Position numbers and translations under genes: made by a program. This document shows positions 47,024 through 59,416 of a stretch of 64,000 nt of DNA, in pieces; position 1 is the stretch's first letter; the number at the start of each line of letters is the position of its first letter. This stretch comes from Acidimicrobiales bacterium (lineage in GTDB: Bacteria; Actinomycetota; Acidimicrobiia; Acidimicrobiales; SZUA-35). The notes under the pieces were generated by a model. It did not search any database. It was given only the letters and a program-made list of their open reading frames with translations, and was not told the origin of the DNA. Location: the NCBI GenBank assembly GCA_041394345.1, contig JAWKIN010000003.1, forward strand, positions 62,737-126,736. The letters run 5' to 3'.

Positions 47024-47610
47024 CTAGCGCTGGCCGTTGGTTCGCAGGGCGCTACGACCATCGAGAAGATACTGGATGCCGCTCCACCAGGTGAAAGCAA
47101 CCGCGAGCCACAGCAGGCCGTCGGCGACCCAGAGGGCACTGTCGAGCAGGGGGAACATGGCTGGTGGAGACGGCGATTCCCTGCACGAAGTTGTTCCGTA
47201 TTTGCCCGACTTCCGGGCGGGGATTGCGAGTCCCTGCTTGGACCAACAGGAGCGATATCCTGGATGCCAACCTCACGAATAGCAATGAGCACGATTGGCA
47301 GCTCCGGGGAATCGACCGATGTCGACCAGGGCCCAGCCAGCGAGCAGAATTACGAGCTTGTCGGCGAGCGGATCGACGAAGGCACCAAACTTGGTGGGAG
47401 TGGCCGCCTGCCGAGCGAGCTTGCTGTCGACGAAGTCGGTGGCACTCCAGATCCACCCCAACGTAAATGCGATCCACGATGGGTTGTTTTGGCAGGATGA
47501 TACGCAAGCACCGGACTGGCGAGCGGCAGACTCACGGTCATCGCATTGGCGGCCAACGCATAGCGTGAACTGCCGATGAGATCGAAACGCTGCTCGGTCG
47601 CGGCGCTCAC
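47024..47610 (-). pseudogene. pgsA: CDP-diacylglycerol--glycerol-3-phosphate 3-phosphatidyltransferase (at least 2 frame changes)
   Basis: ORF 47273..47461 carries TDFVDSKLARQAATPTKFGAFVDPLADKLV (CDP-alcohol phosphatidyltransferase motif). The N-terminus is in ORF 47350..47610, and the start overlaps the rimO stop. Confidence 0.8.
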
Positions 47611-48875
47611 GGGGCGGTCACCGATTCGCCAACGAGATCAGGACCCTCGGCGCTAACGACGACGACGTCATGGAATTGGCCGACGGCGAGTGTGTCGGGT
47701 ACCCGGACAATGCCATCGATTTCCGGGGCCTCTCGATAGGTTCGCCCTTCGCCGATCCGATCGACGAGGACGGTGACCGTCTCGCCGATGAGCGCATCTC
47801 GGGACTCCGCGGTTATCCGGTCTTGCATCTCGCTCAGCTCCGCCATGCGCTCGCTGACCAGCGACGCGGGGACCTCGCCGTCGAGATCGGCAGCATAGGT
47901 GCCGTCCTCTTTCGAGTAGGAGAAGAAGCCGCACCAGTCGAGGCGGACGTCTTCGACAAAGCGGAGCAGCGCATCGTGGTCGGCTTCGGTTTCGCCCGGG
48001 TAGCCGACGATGAAGTTCGACCGGAAGGTTGCGCCTGGTTCGAGCCGGCGGATGTCGTTGATCCGGTCGGCGAAAATCTCGCCGGAGCCCCAGCGGCGCA
48101 TACGACGAACAAGCGGTCGTGACACATGCTGGAGCGAGAGGTCGAAGTAGGGAACACCCGTCGCCAGGATGGTCTCGATGAGCTCGTCGGTCAGATCGCT
48201 CGGATAGAGGTAGAGGAGCCGAACCCAGTCGGCGATCTGGGCGACCGACGACACGAGCGGAACGATGGATCGCTCACCAACGCCCTGATCCCGGCCGAAG
48301 GCGGCCAGGTCTTGGGCAATCAGCACGACTTCTCGGGTTTGGAGCGACCGCACTTCGCCCAGGATCGAGTCGATCGTGCGGCTTCGTTGCTTGCCCCGGA
48401 AGCTTGGAATGGCGCAGAAGCCGCAGTTGCGGTCGCACCCCTCTGCCACCTTGACGTAGGCCCACGGCGCATCGGCGGCCGGACGGGGCAACTCAAGCAA
48501 GTCAAAGGCGGGCACGCCGCCTGCTCGTTTCGTCGCCCCCAGTGTCACTGGCACACCGAAGCCGGCGACCTGGTCGACCTCGGGCAGGGCGTCGGCTAGT
48601 TCCGACCCGTACCGCTCGGCCATGCAGCCGGTCACGATCAGTTCGGCACCGGCCTTCTTTATTTCTTCGAGCGACAGGATCGTGTCGATCGACTCTTGCC
48701 GGGCCTCCCCGATGAACGCACACGTATTGACGACGACGACGTCGGCGCTGCTCGCGTCGGGGGCCGCAATCAAGCCATCGGCCAGGAGTGTCCCCACCAG
48801 TTTGTCGGAGTCGACCTGGTTCTTCGGGCATCCCAGCGTCTCTATGAAAAACCGGCGTGGGGCGACTGAGGACAT
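47607..48875 (-). CDS. rimO: Ribosomal protein S12 methylthiotransferase RimO (radical SAM)
   Basis: The 422-aa intact ORF carries FFIETLGCPKNQVDSDKL...VVVNTCAFIGEA...VKVAEGCDRNCGFCAIP. Confidence 0.9.
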   Translation of the reverse strand: MSSVAPRRFFIETLGCPKNQVDSDKLVGTLLADGLIAAPDASSADVVVVNTCAFIGEARQESIDTILSLEEIKKAGAELIVTGCMAERYGSELADALPEVDQVAGFGVPVTLGATKRAGGVPAFDLLELPRPAADAPWAYVKVAEGCDRNCGFCAIPSFRGKQRSRTIDSILGEVRSLQTREVVLIAQDLAAFGRDQGVGERSIVPLVSSVAQIADWVRLLYLYPSDLTDELIETILATGVPYFDLSLQHVSRPLVRRMRRWGSGEIFADRINDIRRLEPGATFRSNFIVGYPGETEADHDALLRFVEDVRLDWCGFFSYSKEDGTYAADLDGEVPASLVSERMAELSEMQDRITAESRDALIGETVTVLVDRIGEGRTYREAPEIDGIVRVPDTLAVGQFHDVVVVSAEGPDLVGESVTAP

Positions 48876-48927
48876 GGGCGGCTCATCCTAGTCATCCGCC
48901 GGTCAGTTCGCGGCTCGGGCAACCGGC

Positions 48928-49467
48928 CTACGGGGCCTCGAGGCGTCGCAGTCGCCGCCATTTCGCCAGCACAAGGCCCGCTCCAGCGACGAGCACCACA
49001 ACGGCGACGAGCGCAACAACGCTCTGACGCCGGTCGGTGTCGACCAGAACGACGGTTGTGCCTACGACCGGGAGGGCCGGGGCGGCGCCGGCCTCGTACC
49101 GGAAGGCGAGGAATCCTGCGGTGTTGTCGGAATCGACGAGTGAGGTCAACGTGTAGTCAAGCCGGTACGGGCCTTCGGTCGGCCCGGCATCGAGATCGAT
49201 CAACACGACGTAGGCCGCTGGTTGGCGAACGGTGATGGGGACGTCGCCGTCCGGTCCCACCAGGACGACGTCTCGGACCTGCACGTCCTCGCTCAGCACG
49301 AGTTCGATGACCGAAAGATCGCCGCCGACGGTCTGGCCGGCGAACGGGGAACTCGCGATGAGGTCACCGTGGGCGAACGCCCGCGCTGGTGCCAGGGCGA
49401 CGAGCGCGGCGACGGCTACAACGACCAATCGCCTCACGGTGGCACCATCACGATGTGAGCGATACAT
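48928..49467 (-). CDS. CopC-domain copper-resistance protein with C-terminal membrane anchor
   Basis: There is a signal peptide, then AHGDLIASSPFAGQTVGGDLSVIELVLSEDV (CopC N-terminal His motif), and a C-terminal TM segment (VVALVAVVVLVAGAGLVLA). Confidence 0.75.
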   Translation of the reverse strand: MYRSHRDGATVRRLVVVAVAALVALAPARAFAHGDLIASSPFAGQTVGGDLSVIELVLSEDVQVRDVVLVGPDGDVPITVRQPAAYVVLIDLDAGPTEGPYRLDYTLTSLVDSDNTAGFLAFRYEAGAAPALPVVGTTVVLVDTDRRQSVVALVAVVVLVAGAGLVLAKWRRLRRLEAP

Positions 49468-50090
49468 CGCCCGCCAGCGTCGACACCCGTGCCCCGAGTC
49501 CGGCCCCGCTGCTATCGGCGACCTCCTGCACCACGACGTCGATGCCGAGTCGGTCGTAGAGGCCCATCAAAAACGCACGGCGAGCGTGGCGGATCGTGAG
49601 CGTCATCAAGCGCGACTGGTGCGCCAATGACCGGGCCGGATGTGGTGTGGCGGCGCCCCACTCGATGAGGAACGGCACCGCGCCACCAAAATCGTGAACC
49701 GGCAACGACAAACGCCACGAAAGGAGGTCACCGCGGCGTCAGGCGTTCCATCGGAAATGGTTCAGTGGTCGCTACGCCTGCTGCCTCATAGGTCGCCCGG
49801 GCGGCATCGAGATCATCGACGGCCACGGCGAAGGTAAGCAGTACGGGCTGGCTATCGACTAGTTGATCGACCCCAAAAGACCGCGGACCGACGTGGTCGA
49901 CCTGAGCCGGGTCGGGGCCGATGAGCTCGAGATACGTGGTGGGACCAAGGCCGACAAGGGCGTTTCGGGTGCCCCGACCAACGTGGGCTCCCCCCGGCTC
50001 GGCGGCTTCGCCGGCGACCTCTTTCCACCAGGCCTCAAGGCCATCCAGATCGTTAGACCCAACGACAAGATGATCGATCGATGACAACAC
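49448..50090 (-). pseudogene. Glyoxalase-like (VOC) domain protein (one frame change near 49720)
   Basis: ORF 49728..50090 reads MLSSIDHLVVGSNDLDGLEAWW...GTRNALVGLGPTTYLELIGPDP. ORF 49448..49711 continues with ...GAVPFLIEWG.... Confidence 0.6.
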
Positions 50091-50126
50091 GAAAGCTCCT
50101 GCGACTATGACCTCGGGTGGCGCAAC

Positions 50127-51107
50127 TCAGCGGCGGGTGAGCGCCGCAAACGCCGCGTCCTGCGGCTCTCCAACGTAGGCCAACATCAAGAACAGTACGA
50201 AGACGCCGATGAAGAGCGCTCCCTCGACCCGGGTGAAGGTGCCGCGGGTCCGCATGGCGATAACCGATCCAATAGCGACGACCAACATGAAGACCAGATC
50301 GAGGCCCACAAGCGAGCTGTCGGCGACGGTCCCATCACCAAGCAACCCCACGAGTCCGCCAACGGCGAGCGCATTGAACAGGTTGGATCCAAGCAGATTG
50401 CCGACGATGAGTTCGTCTTCGCCCTTGCGAGCCGCAGCAATAGCCGTCACGAGCTCGGGCAGCGACGTACCAATCGCGACGAGCGTGACGCCGATGAATC
50501 CGCCGCTCACCCCGGCCCGGTCGGCGAGGTCGAGCGCACCCCAAACGAGGACCCAGGCGCCACCAACGGTCAGTGCCAAACCCACAAAGGTCCGGATCAT
50601 TTCGGTCAAGGGGACGATCTCGACGCCCTGGGTGAGTTCGGCGACGTCCTCGCTGAGTTCTTCGTTGTCGGACGTTCGCAGCAGCAACGCCAACGCAGCT
50701 GCCAACGCCACAAACAAAATGACGCCTTCAACGGTGCCAAGGCCGCTTCGCAACAAGACGGCGAACAAGACCGCTGCTCCCGCAGCCAATGGCGCCTCCC
50801 GCTTGAGCACGCCTGACCCGATCGAAATCGGGATCACCAATGCCGCGGCACCAAGGATCAGCGACAGGTTCGCAATATTGGACCCAATGATGTTGCCGAT
50901 GCCAACGTCGTTGTCGCCCCCGGCTGCCGCAATCGCCGACACCAGCATCTCGGGCGCCGAGGTGCCAAACCCGATGATGACGGCGCCAACCACGATCGGC
51001 GACAACTCGAACACCACGGCCAGGCGCGCCGCTCCGGTCACAAACTCATCGGCCGCACGCCACAAGATCGCAATGCCAAGGCCAACCGCGATAATCGCCA
51101 ACAACAT
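50127..51107 (-). CDS. Ca2+/Na+ antiporter (CaCA family, YrbG-like)
   Basis: The 326-aa intact ORF has two alpha-repeats: GFGTSAPEMLVS..GNIIGSNIANLSL and AIGTSLPELVTAIAAARKGEDELIVGNLLGSNLFN. Confidence 0.85.
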   Translation of the reverse strand: MLLAIIAVGLGIAILWRAADEFVTGAARLAVVFELSPIVVGAVIIGFGTSAPEMLVSAIAAAGGDNDVGIGNIIGSNIANLSLILGAAALVIPISIGSGVLKREAPLAAGAAVLFAVLLRSGLGTVEGVILFVALAAALALLLRTSDNEELSEDVAELTQGVEIVPLTEMIRTFVGLALTVGGAWVLVWGALDLADRAGVSGGFIGVTLVAIGTSLPELVTAIAAARKGEDELIVGNLLGSNLFNALAVGGLVGLLGDGTVADSSLVGLDLVFMLVVAIGSVIAMRTRGTFTRVEGALFIGVFVLFLMLAYVGEPQDAAFAALTRR

Positions 51108-51131
51108 GGAATCCCCATCAAGCGTCAGCGA

Positions 51132-53959
51132 CTAGTCCGGCATCCGGTAGCCGGGCGGCGGGGCCAAGGCTGGGTCGAACTCGTCGTCGGCGAACTCATC
51201 GTCGACACCAATCGAGAGATCACTCACCTGGTCGTCGCTCGTGCGTTGGTGGCGCTCGGCCGTCTCATGCTCGACGGCGTCGATGTCGAAGACCGACGTG
51301 GGCGCCGGCCGATCGAGGTCGATGTCGTCAGACGCGCTCTCGAACGGCTCGTCGTCGGGGACACCCCGTTGGGACGGGGCGACGGCGGGCGATTTCAGAA
51401 CCTGAGATACGTTGAGCGCGAGTTGATCGTTGACGAGGTCGGCCGTGCTCAAGGCGGCGATCGACGGGTTTGGCACCACGGTCGTTTGCTGCATCGCTCG
51501 CATTTTGGCTGGCCAGCGTCCGTTGTCGAGGTCTTCGGGGGTCATGAGCACGTCTCGCGCCTTCGACCCGATCGACGGACCAACGACCCCACGTTCTTCG
51601 AGCAAGTCCATCAGGCGTCCGGCACGGGCAAAGCCAACGCGAAGCTTGCGCTGAAGCATCGAGGTCGACCCAAGTTGAGACCGGACGATGAGCTCCATGG
51701 CCTGCATCATGAGATCGTCGTCGTCCTCGTCGCCGCTCGTTCCACCCGGGATAATCGCCGCTCCCTCGGCCTGCTCTTCGCCGAGAACACGTGAGTCGTA
51801 GGCGACGGCCGGTGCCTGGCCTTTCCAATGGGCCGCAATTTCCGACACTTCCTCTTCGGTGACCCAAGCACCTTGGAAACGAGTTGGGGTGCTGGTCGAG
51901 CCATCGAGTAGGAGGCCGTCGCCCCGCCCAACCAGGCGTTCGGCGCCCTGCTGATCGAGCACAACCCGGCTGTCGGTGAGCGACGACACGGCGAACGCGA
52001 GGCGTGCGGGAACGTTGGCCTTGATGAGACCGGTGATCACATTGGTCGACGGCCGCTGGGTTGCGATCACGAGGTGAATACCGACCGCACGAGCCTTCTG
52101 GGCGATGCGGCAAATCGACTCTTCAACGTCTCGAGCCGCAACCATCATGAGGTCGGCGAGCTCGTCGAGAATGATGACGATGTAGCTCAGCTTCGCGTAG
52201 TCGACGTGCTGGCCATCGGCCGTTGGCCGAGGGGCAAAACGGCCTTCGTCGACCGCGGAGTTATACCCGTCGAGATCTCGCACGCCGACCTCGGAGAGCA
52301 GGTCGTATCGCCGCTCCATCTCGCGCACGGCCCAGGCCAGCGCATTGGCGGCCTTCTTCGGGTCGGTCACCACTTCGGTCAGCAGGTGGGGCAAGCCGGC
52401 GTATTGGGTGAGTTCGACCCGCTTCGGATCGACCAGGATGAGCCGAACCTCGTCGGGAGTCGAGCGCATCAGTAGTGAGGTGAGCATCGAATTGATGCAG
52501 CTCGACTTACCAGAGCCGGTTTGGCCGGCGACCAGAAGGTGAGGCATCTTGGCCAGATTGGCCATGACGGTCTTGCCCGTGATGTCTCGACCGAGCGTTA
52601 CTTCGAGCGGATGCTTGGCTGCTTTCGCCTCATCGGACCAGAGCAGGTCGCCAACACTGATGATTTGACGGTCAACGTTTGGCACCTCGACGCCAATCGC
52701 TTGCTTCCCCGGAATGGGGGCAAGGATACGAACGTCGGGGGTCGCCATGGCGTAGGCGATGTCCTTGTTGAGACTGGTAACTCGGGCCACCTTGACGCCG
52801 GGGCCAAGCTCGAGTTCGAACCGGCTAACCGTCGGTCCAACGACAACGCCAACAAGACGAGTCTCGACACCATGCTCGGCCAACGCGCTCGAGCTGGCGA
52901 CCACGCTTGACCGCCCCCGATCGACATCGTGCGACTCGGACCGCACGAGAATGTCCATCGATGGCAGGGTCCAATCGCCCTTGATAGGCGCAGGCCCGAA
53001 TGAGGCAGCGGCGTATCCATGACCTGAGCCGACGGCACCTCGATGATGGGTTGGGGTCCCGTACCGTCTGACCACGACATATCAGCGCCGACCGGGCCGT
53101 CGTCGGCGTCGAAGTCGTAGGGGCCAGTCGGGGCCTCGACCGCGGGCTCATAGTCATCGGACGGGTCGTGGGTTGCGTCAAACCTGTTGCCACGTAGATC
53201 GATGTATAGCTCGTCGTCCTCTGGTCGGCCGCTCAGCGGGGCCGTCTGCTCAAGATCGAGCAACGGTTCCTGAATGCCGCGCTGGGCGTCGACCCTGGTT
53301 TGGGGTTCGGCGCGCGCAAAACGCTCCCGCAGGTCATCGATCCATGCGCCGAGCTTGCTCGAAAACTCGCCGCCGTGACCGTGGAGCCGGTCGGCGATCG
53401 GGGCGACCGACATGCCGGTCAACAAGATGCCGGCGATGAGGGCAAGCACCAGCGTCCAGAGCACTTCGCCCCAGCTCCCGAGCACAAACTCCATGGCGGC
53501 CCCGATGCGAATGCCGATATGGCCGCCTGCCTTCGATACCTCGTCGACCGAGGCGCTGTTTGTTGGGCGCCCGCCAATCATGTCGAGTGTCGCAAAGGCC
53601 ACGATCACCATGGCGGCGTAGGCCGCAATCTCGCCCAGGCCAGGCGCTTCACGTTGCTTCTTGGTTTTCTTGACCGGCGAGCGGAGCCGATTCCAGCCAA
53701 GCGCGAGGAGTCCGAGGGGCAGCAGGTAGCGGAGGCGGCCAATGAAGTAGCCAGTGAGATCGGCGAGACCGTTTCCGACAACGCCCATCGTGGGGGTGTA
53801 GAGGCCAAGCGCCAGGGTCAGGCCCAACGCGATGAGCACGATTCCTTGCACCTCGCGCCGGTTCTGAGCGCGCTTCTTTTTTCCCGCCACCGAGGTGCGG
53901 GAAGGCGTTCGTCCGCCCGCGGCGCCCCGACCGGCTGTTGTCCGATTCGATGTAGCCAC
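51132..53959 (-). pseudogene. ftsK: DNA translocase FtsK/SpoIIIE (one frame change near 53030)
   Basis: ORF 52598..53959 is the N-terminal membrane domain. ORF 51132..53075 carries the motor domain LLVAGQTGSGKSSCINSML..VIILDELADLMM..IATQRPS and the gamma wHTH domain (MELIVRSQLGSTSMLQRKLRVGFARAGRLMDLLEERGVVGP). Confidence 0.95.
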
Positions 53960-54015
53960 AGTTTGGCCACACTAGCCGGTTATTCAGCCACTCAGCGGGA
54001 CGCCCACCGATTCTG

Positions 54016-55233
54016 CTAGGCGGAAGCTAGCGACGTCATGTTTCGACCCGACCGTTTGGCCGTATACAGCGCCACATCTGCCCGGTCGATGGCCGACTCC
54101 GAGTGACTCGCCCTCGGCCACCTCGCAGATGCCAGCAGAGAAGGTCACGTCGGCATGGTGACCAGACCAGATCTCGCGAATGCGTGCCGTCAGCGTCTCG
54201 GCCAACGGGAGATCACAGCTGAGGATCATGCAAAACTCCTCGCCGCCATAACGGACGAGAAGATCATCGGCCCGGATACAGCTCGCCAAGACCGCCGAGA
54301 AGTCGACGAGCAACTCGTCACCAGCGCGGTGGCCATGGAGATCGTTGTAGGCCTTGAAGTGGTCGAGGTCGACCATCACTGCGGTCGTCGACTCCTGGCT
54401 CCCTTGGCGACGGCCCGCCAGGATTCGCCGGTTGCCGAGGCCGGTCAGCGGATCGGTGGTCGACTCTTCTTGGAGTTGGTTCACGACCAACTGTCGGGCC
54501 TCGAGCATTTGAAAGAGGTTGCCGATGGTCGCAGTTCGTTCCGGGTCAGGCGCCCCGGTGAAGATCAACCTCCGACCCGTCGACGTGAAGAGGATCTCGT
54601 CGAACTCCGGGCCGTGGTTGTCGAAATCTCGTCCGGTTCGAGAAGCCGGACATCGGCCGCTTCGGTGAGGCCAGGATGTCTTTCTTGGCCACGGCCATGG
54701 CGTCCGATGAGGACGAAGCGTTCGCCACGACGCCCGCGATGCGGGCAAACGCGTGAGCAATCGAGGCCGTCCGTCGGGCCTCGCCAACCAGGAAGGCAAC
54801 CAGCAGGTAGAGGATCAGCGTGAAACCCATGACGTGCCAGGTATCGCCAAGCACGAAGCCGAGGCGCGTCCCGACGTAGAGGCTTCCGCCGAGGTAACCG
54901 CCAGCGCCGAGGACCAAAGGAATGGCGAAACGGGCCCCCGACGAATCACCGCCTCGTAGATAATCGGCACCGAGAACAACAGAACTGCGGGGTTGTTGGA
55001 ATAGCCACGCTCGATGTAGACCGCCGTGATCGCGGTATAGGCGAGCATTGCTGAAGTACCCGACGGAGATTGAGATGGTCCTCAACCGACAGCCGGCTCG
55101 TCGTCGCCAACGACACCGGTGGCAACGAACGCCGCCAACGCCATCACAACAAGCTGACGTCGAAGAAGTGAGGCGCGGCAAGAACGACACCAATAATCCA
55201 GATGAATCCGAGGATCATCAACCGCTTGGTCAT
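54016..55233 (-). pseudogene. Membrane-bound diguanylate cyclase (GGDEF), at least 3 frame changes
   Basis: From ATG 55233 the N-terminus is hydrophobic (ORFs 54546.., 54815..). ORF 53984..54799 carries DPLTGLGNRR...VMVDLDHFKAYNDLHGHRAGDELL...RYGGEEF. The tail ALYTAKRSGRNM is in another frame. Confidence 0.8.
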
Positions 55234-55292
55234 GCCTTCGATATCCGGACGCCGAGTTCTTCGTCGTAGTCAGTGAGCGTCATCCCCAGTAT

Positions 55293-56201
55293 TTACGACG
55301 TCTTGCGGCTAACTAAAGTCCGCCTTGACGTTCCAGCGCAGGCGGCGAGACAAACTCGAAACGCCTGGCATAGGTAGGCCGAGTCGGGTGGCCCGGCGCT
55401 AAGCGCAGCCGGAGATCGAGTGGGACACCAGCTTGCTGGCCAGTGCACAGTGTGACTCTGGTCTCGATCTCGGGGTCGAGCCGGCCCCAGCTGAAGCATC
55501 ATCAGGGCGAAGTCGGCTCGAGACAGTGGGTCACGACCAGCGATGTTGAGCACGCCGTGCACGTCGGGCCGCTCGACAAGGCCGGCAAGCGCAGCGGCCA
55601 ACGCGGTAATCTCCATCGGTTGGCGAAGGACGTCCTGCCATAGCGTGATCAGTTCGCCAGCATCGAGGCGGTCCGCCAGTCCAGCCGTGCCCCGATCAAT
55701 TGACGCCAGGCCATAGATCAGCGACGTGCGAACGATGACGGCGGCTGGGTTCGAGGCCAGGATCTGCTGCTCACCCTGAGCTTTCGATTGACCGTAGGGC
55801 GTCATCGGCGTAGGCGAAGCGTCGTCGGCGTAGGGACCGGAACGGCCGTCGTGCACCATGTCGCTCGACAGGGCCACCAAGCGAGCGCCATTTTCTGCAC
55901 ACCAGCTCGCCAACGTCCCGGCCGCCTCGGCATTTACTCGACGCAAGTCGTCATCTGAGAGCACCTGCTTGCGCGGCCGCACAATGCACGATGCCCTCGG
56001 CGCCAGGTCGTCGAGCAGGCGCCTGGTCTGCGCCGAATCCCGAAGATCGAGCTCGGCCCGCGCCCGCCCACACGCCCGCACCCGCACCCGCACCCGACGG
56101 ACGAGGCACGACACACCCACCGTGCCGCCGTTCCACGCCTGGCAGAGATGCGACCCCAGGTAGCCCGAGGCACCGGTGACAAGCAACGGCCCCTGCCGCA
56201 T
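55293..56201 (-). pseudogene. NAD(P)-dependent sugar-nucleotide reductase/epimerase (RmlD-like), 3' end probably frameshifted
   Basis: From ATG 56201: MRQGPLLVTGASGYLGSHL...ELDLRDS...LVALSSDMVHDG....PYGQSKAQGEQ. It contains a low-complexity RVRVRVR insert encoded by a (CGCACC)n repeat. Confidence 0.65.
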
Positions 56202-56269
56202 TGCGTTGTTGGTGTCGCTCTCGTGGGCACCGAGCGACGGGCACGATGATCGGGCGGAGCCGGGTGCGG

Positions 56270-57888
56270 TTACTGACAAACGCCCAAGCGTGCGACGAGT
56301 GATCTTCTCGAGCTGGCCCGCGAACGGACCCCGTCAGCGATGGCCTTTTCCACTGCGTCACGCACCGATTGAGAAGCTGCGTCCTTACGGAGTTGGTCGC
56401 CTTCAGGGCCATCGACCCATCCGCGGCTAACGATCTGGGGCAAGCCGACGAGTTCGGCGTTGGCCCCCTTGATGACGAGCGCAACGACGGCCGACACAAA
56501 CCCATCGGTGCCAAGGGTTCGCCGCTCGACCACGACACTGTGGTCGAGGTCGCCGACGGAGCCATCGACGTAGATGTATTCGGCCGGGAAGCTTTCGCCT
56601 CTGGTGATGCCGTCGTCACCGAGCACGATGCTCTCACCCGTCTTGGCAGATGAGGATCTTGTCGGCCTTGGTGCCCATGCGAGTTGCCAGACGGGCGTGC
56701 TCAACGAGGTGGCGATATTCACCATGGACAGGAACGAACCACTCGGGCTGCACGATCGAGTGCATCACTCGGAGTTCTTCGGCCTTGGCGTGACCAGTGG
56801 CGTGCACCCGAGCCGTTCCCGAGTGGACGACTTCGACGCCACGGCGGATGAGCCCATCGATAACGCAGGACACGCTCGACTCGTTTCCGGGGATAGGGTG
56901 AGACGACAAGATGACACAGTCGCCATCTTTCATCGAAAGGAACCGGTTGTCGCCGGTTGCCATGCGACCAGTGCCGACATCGGTTCGCCTGTGAGCCGGT
57001 GCAGATGACGCACAGCTTCTCGTCGGGAATGTCGCCGACGTCAGCGATATCGCGCAGGTGCGTGTCAGGGATTCGCAGCAGCCCCATCTGGCGGGCCAAG
57101 GCGACGTTGTTGTTCATCGAACGGCCAAGCGTGGCCACGATGCGACCATTCGCGATGGCCGCGTCGGCGACCTGCTGGACGCGGTGGATATGTGACGCAA
57201 AACAGGCCACGACGATGCGTCGCCCTTCGCGCTGCATGAAGAGGTCGCTGATCGATTGTCCGATTGAGGTTTCTGAGTCGGAGAAGCCGGGTGATTCGAC
57301 GTTGGTCGAATCACACAAGAACAAGCGGATGCCGTCGTCCTTGGCCAGGTGGCCGATGCCAGCGAGGTCGGTCAGGCGGCCGTCGACCGGTGTCATGTCG
57401 AGCTTGAAGTCGCCACTGTGGAGAATCACACCCTGCGGTGTGTGGAACGCGGTGGCAAACCCATGCGGGACCGAGTGGGTTACCGGAAAGAACTCCAGAT
57501 CGAACGGGCCGACCTTGATGCGATCGTTGTCACTGACCTCGATGAACTCGGCCTGCTTGAGCAGACCCTTCTCGCCGATGCGGTTCTTGGCCAGTCCGAT
57601 AGTGAGGGGCGAGCCGATGATCTTGAGCGGCATCTCTTCGAGCAGGAACGACAGCGCGCCAATGTGGTCTTCGTGACCATGCGTGGCCACGACGCCTTCC
57701 ACCCGGTGCTTGTTTTCCTTCAACCAGGTGAAGTCAGGCAGGACGAGGTCGATGCCGGCCATGTCGTCATCGGGAAACATAAGGCCACAGTCGATGAGCA
57801 TGATGCGCCCGTCGACTTCGACTGCCGCACAGTTACGACCGATTTCGCCGAGGCCACCAAGGAAGGAGACGCGAACTTGGGAGGGCAT
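56270..57888 (-). pseudogene. rnj: Ribonuclease J (2 frame changes)
   Basis: ORF 56719..57888 carries VSFLGGLGEIGRNCAAV...VVATHGHEDHIGAL...HSGDFKLD. ORF 56634..56963 carries ...VHATGHAKAEEL...PVHGEYRHL. ORF 56270..56725 is the C-terminal domain. Confidence 0.95.
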
Positions 57889-58779
57889 CAGAGTGACCGC
57901 CCGAGTCCGGTGAGCACCGACGTGGCCCGCTCATTGAGCGAGTCTGGTGCGGGACCCATGGGCGATCGGCAAGTGCCAACGTCGAGACCGAGCAAGTTCA
58001 TAAGTACCTTTGATGGAACGGGATTTGGTGCGTCGTCTGATGTCTCGAATTGGTAACTCGGGATCATCAAGGCGTTGAGGCGACGAGCCTCAGCAACATC
58101 GCCGCGTGCGAATGCGTCAAACATGGCCGACATCTCACGGCCGGCCCAGTGGGTGGCAACGCCGATGACGCCGATGGCGCCCACCGCGAGCAGAGGCAGC
58201 GTCAGCTTGTCTTCGCCGGAATAGACCATGCCTGATCCATCGAGCTTGGCGATGAGTTGGGCCGTTTCAGCGACATCGCCCGCCGCATCAGCAGCCCCGA
58301 CGATGATGTTGTCGACTTCGAAGAGCGACAGCAGAGTATCGAGGCTGATCTTGCGTCCCGAGCGGACGGGAATGTCGTAGAGGACGACCGGCTTTTCGGT
58401 CGCCGCGGCGACGGCGGTGAAATGGGCGTGCAGGCCACTTGTGATGGGCGGTTGTAATAGGGCGTAGCGCCAGAATGGCGTCGGCACCAGCGGCGTCGGC
58501 CATTTCGGTGAGTTCGACCGCCGCTTTGGTGTCGTTGCTCCCGGCGCCTGCGATGACGACGTGATCGGGAATGGCCCCCGCGGACTGCCGTGATGAGGTC
58601 GACCTGCTCGCGGTGGGTCAGCGTGGCCGATTCACCGGTCGTACCAGCGACGACAACACCATCATTGCCGTGCTCAACGAGATAGCGGGCGAGCTGTTGG
58701 GCCCCGTCGAGGGTTGAGGGACCCGTCGGCCCCAAACGGGAGTCACCATGGCGGTGAGAACCGTGCCGAATTGTGGCAT
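57888..58779 (-). pseudogene. dapA: 4-Hydroxy-tetrahydrodipicolinate synthase (at least 2 frame changes)
   Basis: From ATG 58779, [15 protein letters not shown] is my own translation. ORF 58202..58948 carries [39 protein letters not shown] 57888..58487 carries [13 protein letters not shown].... Confidence 0.9.
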
Positions 58780-59321
58780 TAGTGCGCTTTCTCTGAGGCC
58801 CGGTCGATGCCGAGAGATGCCAACAAATCTTCATGCATCTCGAACCAGACCGTGTGGTACGACTCCATGATCCCGGCTTGGTGAACCATTCGGTCTCGCC
58901 CGCTCGGACCTTTTCGAGCGCCGAGGTGGCTTGAAACGTGGATCGCAAATCGGCTGAGCTGCTCGCCGGGTGGCACAGATCGGCTGGACTTTGGCGTCAA
59001 TGGCAGCAAGCTCGGCGACAACGCGGCGTCGTAGTCGGCGTCGGCGTGGTCGTTGAGTTCGTTTTCGCCCTTCACCTGCCAGTCGGTGCAGACCTGGAGC
59101 ATTGCTCCATTGAGCGGAAGGAAGTCGTCAGTAACACTGCTGCACGACAGCTCAGGCCTGGCGTCGAGTTCTTCTCGCAACAGGCGCTCGTTTTCGGCAC
59201 GCCCCTCAGCGGTCATCGTCCAGCCCGTTGCGGCGTCCGTCGCGATGGGGTGGAATACGCTTCGGCCGCTTTGACGAGCGCAGCGTCGGTCGTCGACACT
59301 CCAGGCCTTGAAGTTCGGCAA
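58779..59321 (-). pseudogene. Hypothetical protein, possibly winged-helix N-terminus; frameshifted; not ThyX
   Basis: ORF 58779..59321, with pieces in other frames, carries ...TAEGRAENERLLREELDA...NGAMLQVCTDWQVKGENELNDHADADYDAA...[17 protein letters not shown]...[21 protein letters not shown]. Its TAA overlaps the dapA ATG (TAATG). It lacks the ThyX RHR..S motif. Confidence 0.3.
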
Positions 59322-59416
59322 TAGTGTCAGCGCCGGTGAAGCCCTTGAGGCGAAGATAACAGGTGCCAGCAGTTCGATCGAGGAGTCGTTAGCCGCAAGC
59401 GCCCACCCTACCAGTG

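Noticed and set aside
58779-59321. thyX, expected upstream of dapA from mycobacterial synteny
   Set aside because: No ThyX motifs (RHR, S..Y.R) appear in any frame. The reconstructed sequence looks like an unrelated, possibly winged-helix, protein.
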